From an uncultured Candidatus Babeliaceae bacterium (GTDB lineage Bacteria; Babelota; Babeliae; Babelales; Babelaceae), in NCBI GenBank assembly GCA_963704655.1, contig OY969927.1, positions 864,001-928,000 of the forward strand: DNA of 64,000 nt, in the 5' to 3' direction. Shown piece by piece: positions 58,026-64,000 of this stretch (its first letter is position 1; every line of letters begins with the position of its first letter). The position numbers and the translations under genes were made by a program. The notes below the pieces were generated by a model. It did no database searches. It was given only the letters and a program-made list of their open reading frames with translations, and was not told the DNA's origin.

Positions 58026-58116
58026 TTCTGGGCAATTAAAATATAAAATTGTACACTTTACCCAACCATAAAACTTTATCTTTAAGGGCCCGCCATGAAT
58101 CCAGAAAAATTAAATA
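58026..58116 (+). repeat. Right direct repeat (actual glyA start)
   Basis: Counterpart of 51023-51113. Confidence 0.95.
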
Positions 58117-59333
58117 TCGTTGATCCGGAAATTTTTTCGATCATTCAAAAAGAAGAAAATCGCCAACAGCATGAAATTGATCTTATAGCCTCAGAAAATT
58201 ATGCATCACAGGCTGTGCGCGAAGCAACCGGATCAGTTTTAACTAATAAATATGCAGAAGGTTATCCAGGAAAAAGATATTACGGCGGATGCGAATTTGT
58301 CGATATGGCAGAAAATCTTGCCATAGAGCGTTGTAAAAAAATATTCGGTGCCGATCATGTCAATGTGCAACCGCACGCAGGTTCACAGGCAAACATGAGC
58401 GCATACGCAGCACTTTTGCAACCGGGCGATACTATTTTAGGCATGGCACTTGCAGCTGGCGGCCACTTAACGCATGGACACGGCGTAAATTTTTCTGGTG
58501 GATTATATAAAGCGATACAATATGGCGTTAACGCAGAAACTGGGTTATTAGATTACGCTGAAATTGAAAAACTTGCCCACGAACATAAACCTAAATTGAT
58601 TATTGCAGGCGCTTCGGCGTATTCAAGAACTATCGATTTTGAACGCTTTGCTGATATTGCACAATCTGTCGGCGCATATTTTATGGCAGACATTGCCCAT
58701 ATTGCGGGCCTTGTAGCGGCCGGTTTACACCCAAGCCCAATTCCGTATGCTGATATTGTCACCAGCACAACGCATAAAACATTACGTGGCCCACGCGGTG
58801 GACTTATTATGTGCAAAGCACAACACGCATCTGCTGTTGACCGCTCTATTATGCCGGGCTTACAAGGCGGCCCTTTTATGAATAGCATTGCAGCAAAAGC
58901 GGTTGCATTTCATGAAGCACTACAGCCAGATTTTATTCATTATCAAAAACAAATTATAAAAAATGCGCACGCTATGGTAAAAGCAGCTTTAGAAAATGGC
59001 TTTGATATTGTTACCGGCGGCACAGATAACCATATGTTTATTATCGATTTACGTTCAAAAAAAGTTAACGGCCGTGTCGCAGAAGCTGCACTTGCTGCTG
59101 CGGGAATTTCTGTCAGCAGAAGTTGCATTCCAAATGATCCAGAAAAACCATGGATCACCAGCGGCATCCGCATCGGCACACCGGCAATTACCACACGCGG
59201 CATGCTTGAACTGCAGGCACATGAAATCATGAACCTTACGCACGAAGCTATAATTAATGCGCTTGTTCCTGAAAAATTAGCAGAAATAAAAAAACTGGTA
59301 CAAGAACTTTGTATACAATTTCCATTACAGTAG
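58095..59333 (+). CDS. glyA: Serine hydroxymethyltransferase
   Basis: [41 protein letters not shown]. Confidence 0.98.
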   Translation: MNPEKLNIVDPEIFSIIQKEENRQQHEIDLIASENYASQAVREATGSVLTNKYAEGYPGKRYYGGCEFVDMAENLAIERCKKIFGADHVNVQPHAGSQANMSAYAALLQPGDTILGMALAAGGHLTHGHGVNFSGGLYKAIQYGVNAETGLLDYAEIEKLAHEHKPKLIIAGASAYSRTIDFERFADIAQSVGAYFMADIAHIAGLVAAGLHPSPIPYADIVTSTTHKTLRGPRGGLIMCKAQHASAVDRSIMPGLQGGPFMNSIAAKAVAFHEALQPDFIHYQKQIIKNAHAMVKAALENGFDIVTGGTDNHMFIIDLRSKKVNGRVAEAALAAAGISVSRSCIPNDPEKPWITSGIRIGTPAITTRGMLELQAHEIMNLTHEAIINALVPEKLAEIKKLVQELCIQFPLQ

Positions 59334-59340
59334 AAAATTT

Positions 59341-59377
59341 GGCCGCATGGATTCGACTTCGCTCACCACGAGCGGCC
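59341..59377. repeat. TTCGAC-N3-GCTCA palindromic repeat (long variant)
   Basis: ggccgcatggattcgacttcgctcaccacgagcggcc. Confidence 0.9.
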
Positions 59378-59408
59378 GCTTCAAAAACTTAATTATTTAG
59401 GTAATGTT

Positions 59409-60380
59409 ATGAATAAACTTACTACGAGTGTTATTATCTGCACGCGTAATAGATTACAGGATGTGCTCACTTTTTTGCCGACATTAATTACGCAAACAGA
59501 ACCTGCAACTGAACTCATTTTTGTTGATAGCAGCACCGAGCCACTAGAAAATATTGCTGAATTTAAAGCGTTATTTAATACCCAAAATTTTCCGCACACA
59601 CATTTAGTCTACTTGCATACGCAACCGGGACTCACGTTTCAACGCAATTGTGGCATCGAAAAAGCAAAAGGGGATATTATCTTCTTTTTTGATGACGATG
59701 TAACACTCGATAATAATTATCTTGAAACCATGCGTAAAACGTATGAAAATAATCCAGATTATGCTGGCGGCATGGGGACAGTAACAAATCTTAAAGCTTA
59801 TAGTTTTAATCTCTATCGTATATTTAGGCTTCTCTTTTTACTTGATCGCAATGATTCATCAGGAAACTTCACCATTTCTGGTATGCCCACACATACGTAT
59901 GGCAATAGTAATTTTTCTCATGTTCAAGTTCTTGGCGGCTGTTGTATGAGCTTCAGATCTTGGGCATTACAACAACAAAAATTTGATGAAAAGCTGAGAT
60001 TTTATGGCTACATGGAAGACTGTGATATCTCAAAACGACTTTCGGATACTTACCCATTATTTTTTCAGCCTGCGGCTAAACTTGCGCATCATGAAAGCTC
60101 GCTTAATAGAGATAAATTAAAAAATAACCGTGCTATGTTTATCGCAAATTATAGTTATCTTTTTTTTAAAAATTTCTATCCTCAAGCTCGCTGGAAGATT
60201 CTTTTTTATTATTGGACGGTGCTTGGTCTTCTTCTTGAAGGAATACTGCGGATTGATAGAGAGGTATTTTTTGGTTATCTGTGGGGACTAAAGCATGTGT
60301 TACGCACGCGCGCAAAACAGCCTTATTGCCCAAATATATCAGTACAAAATAGACCGCATACGCCACAGCATAGCTCGTAA
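59409..60380 (+). CDS. Glycosyltransferase family 2
   Basis: SVIICTRNR, RNCGI, FFDDD, GCCMSFR, FDE...MEDCD. Confidence 0.92.
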   Translation: MNKLTTSVIICTRNRLQDVLTFLPTLITQTEPATELIFVDSSTEPLENIAEFKALFNTQNFPHTHLVYLHTQPGLTFQRNCGIEKAKGDIIFFFDDDVTLDNNYLETMRKTYENNPDYAGGMGTVTNLKAYSFNLYRIFRLLFLLDRNDSSGNFTISGMPTHTYGNSNFSHVQVLGGCCMSFRSWALQQQKFDEKLRFYGYMEDCDISKRLSDTYPLFFQPAAKLAHHESSLNRDKLKNNRAMFIANYSYLFFKNFYPQARWKILFYYWTVLGLLLEGILRIDREVFFGYLWGLKHVLRTRAKQPYCPNISVQNRPHTPQHSS

Positions 60381-61569
60381 AACAGCCGTAAATTCCATAA
60401 ATCGGAACAAGCGCAGAAGAAAGAGCTATATTTGTAAGTGCTGCTGCAACCATAGTAACTAAGAGATAATAGCTTTTTTTCTTAAATAAAATTATCGATG
60501 ACGTAAAATAAGTCCCCATCAAAAAAATATTTGCGATAAATACAACAAATGCACCGGGAATAGCGGCATAATAAATTTGTGGTAAAAAATAGAAAGCCAG
60601 TGGCCTTAACACTATATATCCAATAGAACCTGCAACAAAAAGTGCCGCCATACTCAGCCACATCAACCGTTTATTTCCAGACTCTGTGGTTTCTACGGTA
60701 TCTGTATTTTGATTAAATGCTGTCATGATTCTGGGCAAATAGGCACCGCTTAATGGATATAAAATAAGTAGATTAAAAAGTGGCGAAACATACTCTGCAA
60801 AAGAATATACGGCAATATCAGCAAGATCCGCATGCCATGCTAACACCCATCTATTACCTGATGCCAAGAGTAACCCCGCAATAACTGTGGGCATTAACGG
60901 CGCACCTTTTGACAATAAGCTGCCACTGTTTTTTACTCCACGCTGCAGATTAAAATATTCAAACAATTTCTTTGAATAATAAAGTTTTCCCGCATAACAA
61001 ACTATAACAAAATAGCTTATTAATTGGGCCAACATAACGAGTTCTATGCCAGCATTAAAAACATAAACCGCTATAACAGACACCACAAAAATAAAGATGG
61101 CAGAAACTGATTTTATTAAAGTTACATGCACGCTGCGTAATGTATACATAAGTGCCTGAAAAAAAAGCTCGGTAAAAAAGGTTAAAAAAGTAAGAACCAT
61201 AACACAGCAATAGATAAGCGGTGTGGCGCGCCCGGCAAAAAGATAGCTATTCAATAGCTTGAAACCAAACAGCGCGAATATAAAAAAAAACGCACTGAAT
61301 ACTAAATAGACAACAATGCTATCATTTACAAATTCTTTTCTCTCTCTTGAACAGAGATTAAAAAATTCGATCATAAAAAGTTGTCGCAACCCAAACGAGA
61401 TAACCGTTGATAATAAGAGTATTGTTGAAAATGATAAGCTTAAAAGCCCAACTTCCTGTGCAGGCATATGGTACATCAAAAACAGCATGAGGCCGATATT
61501 ACTCAGCTGTGCCAGCACTGAACCAAGACTATAGACCAAAAAATCTTTAATAAACTCGCGTGATATCAT
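60166..61569 (-). CDS. wzx: Polysaccharide flippase (Wzx/MOP family)
   Basis: About 12-14 TM segments; adjacent to glycosyltransferases. Confidence 0.8.
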   Translation of the reverse strand: MISREFIKDFLVYSLGSVLAQLSNIGLMLFLMYHMPAQEVGLLSLSFSTILLLSTVISFGLRQLFMIEFFNLCSRERKEFVNDSIVVYLVFSAFFFIFALFGFKLLNSYLFAGRATPLIYCCVMVLTFLTFFTELFFQALMYTLRSVHVTLIKSVSAIFIFVVSVIAVYVFNAGIELVMLAQLISYFVIVCYAGKLYYSKKLFEYFNLQRGVKNSGSLLSKGAPLMPTVIAGLLLASGNRWVLAWHADLADIAVYSFAEYVSPLFNLLILYPLSGAYLPRIMTAFNQNTDTVETTESGNKRLMWLSMAALFVAGSIGYIVLRPLAFYFLPQIYYAAIPGAFVVFIANIFLMGTYFTSSIILFKKKSYYLLVTMVAAALTNIALSSALVPIYGIYGCFTSYAVAYAVYFVLIYLGNKAVLRACVTHALVPTDNQKIPLYQSAVFLQEEDQAPSNNKKESSSELEDRNF

Positions 61570-61582
61570 CCGGGCATAACTT

Positions 61583-62914
61583 TTATCTTCTTAAAAATAG
61601 TTTTTTAAATACCATGAGACTCATATACAAAAGCTGTAACCCACTTTTAAAAAATGCTATTCCAGGTGCGCCATACGTTCTGCTTTTATAATGTACCGGC
61701 ATATCCAATATCTTTAAGTTATTGTACGCGGCCCCGCATAAAATATCAAAATCGCCAAATGGATCGACATCTCCAAAAAATGCTTTGCTTGAAGATATAA
61801 TCTTCAAATCTTTTTTAAAGAAAACTTTTGTTCCACACAATGTGTCTTTTACACGCTGGCCAATTAGGTATGAAATCATAAACCCGAACGTCCAGTTCAC
61901 GAGCCAATTAATCATCTTCATGGCCTGTGAATCCATTGAATACACAAGCCGTGAGCCATTAATACACTCACCTTTACCTGAGGCTAACGCCTCATAAAAC
62001 TTTGGCAACTCTTCTGGAATAACGGTGATATCACCATCTAAAATCATAATAATATCACCCTGTGCACGGGCAAACCCCTCTTCAACGGCATTCTTTTTAC
62101 CTTTTGCAGACTGCACAAACCAGGTAATCTTTTTATCAGGATATTTATCGACCATTTCTTGCATAACTTGAGTAGTTGCATCTTTGGAATGGCCATCGAT
62201 TAATAATAGTTCTGTAAAGGTTCCCATATTCGGTGTACGCGCTATAGCGCCTTCAATATTCCCCGCTTCATTTTTGCACGGAATAATAACGGAGACAGAA
62301 TACTCAGCACGCTTATTTTCTGCCGCAATACGCACTATAAACAAGCGCATTAAACAAAGTGTAGAAATTAGTGGCAACCGCGCTACAAGATAATTTAAAA
62401 AATCGGCAAGCAACGGCACGCCCGTAGAAAGTAACATCTCTCTTTTTTCTATAACGATATCGAGCCCTGTAAGATTACAAAAAAGCTTAAGGTCTTGTGG
62501 CATTATCGGCACAAGCGAATATGAATATTCAATAACTATGCGAGTGTCCGCGGTGCAAAAACGCTGTATCATTCTAAATAAATCTTGAATATCATCAGCA
62601 TTCTTAATAAAATTTGCACCGATAATTATATAATCAAACGTTTGATTTTCTGGAACCGCTTGTAAAGAATCACAGAACGAGCCGTTTGGCGAACTAAAAA
62701 TTGAACTAAAAGAGCCTTCATCAACACCAATGGCATAAGCAGGCTTGCAGGCACGTAAAATAAACCCATCGGCACAACCAATATGCAACACTCTGAGGTT
62801 TTCCGGAACGGTGTAAGCATACAGTCGTTCAATAAATGCATAATAATAAACGTATCTTGAATACGATTTTAAAAACTTTTCTGCTTTACTTAAAAGCGCC
62901 GCCACATGCTCCAT
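61583..62914 (-). CDS. Methyltransferase-like domain fused to GT2 (Dpm1-like) glycosyltransferase
   Basis: VLHIGCADG; SVIIPCKNE, ILDGD, DTLCGTK, DPFGDFD. Confidence 0.88.
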   Translation of the reverse strand: MEHVAALLSKAEKFLKSYSRYVYYYAFIERLYAYTVPENLRVLHIGCADGFILRACKPAYAIGVDEGSFSSIFSSPNGSFCDSLQAVPENQTFDYIIIGANFIKNADDIQDLFRMIQRFCTADTRIVIEYSYSLVPIMPQDLKLFCNLTGLDIVIEKREMLLSTGVPLLADFLNYLVARLPLISTLCLMRLFIVRIAAENKRAEYSVSVIIPCKNEAGNIEGAIARTPNMGTFTELLLIDGHSKDATTQVMQEMVDKYPDKKITWFVQSAKGKKNAVEEGFARAQGDIIMILDGDITVIPEELPKFYEALASGKGECINGSRLVYSMDSQAMKMINWLVNWTFGFMISYLIGQRVKDTLCGTKVFFKKDLKIISSSKAFFGDVDPFGDFDILCGAAYNNLKILDMPVHYKSRTYGAPGIAFFKSGLQLLYMSLMVFKKLFLRR

Positions 62915-63031
62915 AATGCTCCTTACATTGTATTTGACGACTTAGCGTAAATCAGAAAGAGACAAGTGACAAGCCCTAAGAATAAATTGCATATTTTTTA
63001 ATCATTACGCCCTACAAATGGACATATTCAT

Positions 63032-63916
63032 TTATTCTAACAAGCGTCTATATAAACCTTTTGTTTCTAATATTTCTTCGGAATACCTATCTTTTAGGTA
63101 TTTATTCCACAAATATGGATATGTTGCGTTTATCCATTCATCAATTTTCTTACGTTCTGCTGCAGAAAGTTTGTAAGAATGGAAAAGAATATCATTACCT
63201 TGTGATTGGCTGCCGCCATTATAATCGTAAACTTTTAAAGCCGTTTTCTTATGATATTCATATTGAAGCATAAAATCTTCTAAACCACTTAACGGATCTT
63301 TTAAAAATAAAAGAGCTTTGGTCATAACCTGCGCAGGGTCACTTATCATATCTTCATAATAGAGTAAAATCTTTTTATCTTCGGCCCATTCGTCATATAC
63401 CTTAAGGTCATCAAAATATATCTCAAAATTCTTGAATATATGTCCCGTTGATAAATTATCGACGTCTGGCTTTCCCACATGACGAATGATAGCCTCTTTT
63501 GGATTACGTATAACAAAAATTAAAAGATCTTGCTTTGGATTATATTTGAATTTTGAAAAATTCAGTTCTTTGCGATTATGCACTTTCCAAATGGGAGCTT
63601 TGGAAAAATTTAAAGAATGACCAACCATAAGGCCAATAGGCAAATTTGAAGGATTTGCAGTACTCCAAAAGTGGGCAGTTGGCCTTCCAGTAAGAACTTC
63701 TAGCCAATAACGTGACCAGGTATTACCCGACCTTGGGTATGATAAAAGATAGATTCTAGGGTTACTCGCTGCTATCATTTGCTGAATAACAGGTTTACTT
63801 TTAGTGCAAAATCCATACCCAACTGCAGCATCAAAAAAATCAATATCGCAAGATGATAAAATACTATTAAAAAAAAATAAATGCAGCAAAAGCATATTAC
63901 GAGTAAGTAATTTCAT
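63032..63916 (-). CDS. Sulfotransferase domain protein with signal-like N-terminus
   Basis: LLSYPRSGNTW (5'-PSB), IRNPKE (3'-PB), YYEDM; start placed at MKLLTR after RBS ggag. Confidence 0.85.
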   Translation of the reverse strand: MKLLTRNMLLLHLFFFNSILSSCDIDFFDAAVGYGFCTKSKPVIQQMIAASNPRIYLLSYPRSGNTWSRYWLEVLTGRPTAHFWSTANPSNLPIGLMVGHSLNFSKAPIWKVHNRKELNFSKFKYNPKQDLLIFVIRNPKEAIIRHVGKPDVDNLSTGHIFKNFEIYFDDLKVYDEWAEDKKILLYYEDMISDPAQVMTKALLFLKDPLSGLEDFMLQYEYHKKTALKVYDYNGGSQSQGNDILFHSYKLSAAERKKIDEWINATYPYLWNKYLKDRYSEEILETKGLYRRLLE

Positions 63917-64000
63917 ATACATCTCCCTAAAATATCCCACCCTAGAAATGCAGAAAATGCCTAATAATAGCCTATCGCCAATTTATTACAAAAAGCAATA

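Larger units (their letters stand above)
51023..58116. mobile_element. 7.0-kb genomic islet at the glyA 5' end (no integrase or transposase seen)
   Basis: Flanking direct repeats; accessory cargo of AAA ATPases, toxin-like and immunity-like genes. Confidence 0.75.

Overview
AT-rich bacterial chromosome segment. Its gene content (reduced housekeeping set, type II secretion genes, many Sec-signal orphan proteins, ankyrin and eukaryote-type C2H2 proteins) suggests an intracellular protist-associated bacterium, probably Candidatus Dependentiae/Babelota (TM6); this is inference, not a database result. Housekeeping blocks are a partial F-ATPase operon, recD2, an MscS/MscK channel, recO, trmH, gspFGHIJK, tdk, radA, comM, acpS, tRNA-fMet, nusB, efp, an ABC-2 exporter, a YeeE/YedE pair, glyA and a glycan locus. 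They alternate with clusters of secreted orphan genes. Main observations: (1) a 7.0 kb island bounded by a ~91 bp direct repeat of the glyA 5' end, carrying two AAA ATPases with signal/anchor segments, divergent from a signal-peptide-bearing polymorphic-toxin-like protein and five immunity-like genes, a candidate undescribed toxin system; (2) insertions of effector-like genes at three housekeeping gene ends, leaving duplicated ends and junction hairpins, with no integrase in the window; (3) three families of short palindromic repeats, two with covarying stems, found in-frame inside five genes; (4) a tandem family of secreted hydrophobic-hairpin proteins; (5) a secreted tandem C2H2 zinc-finger protein.
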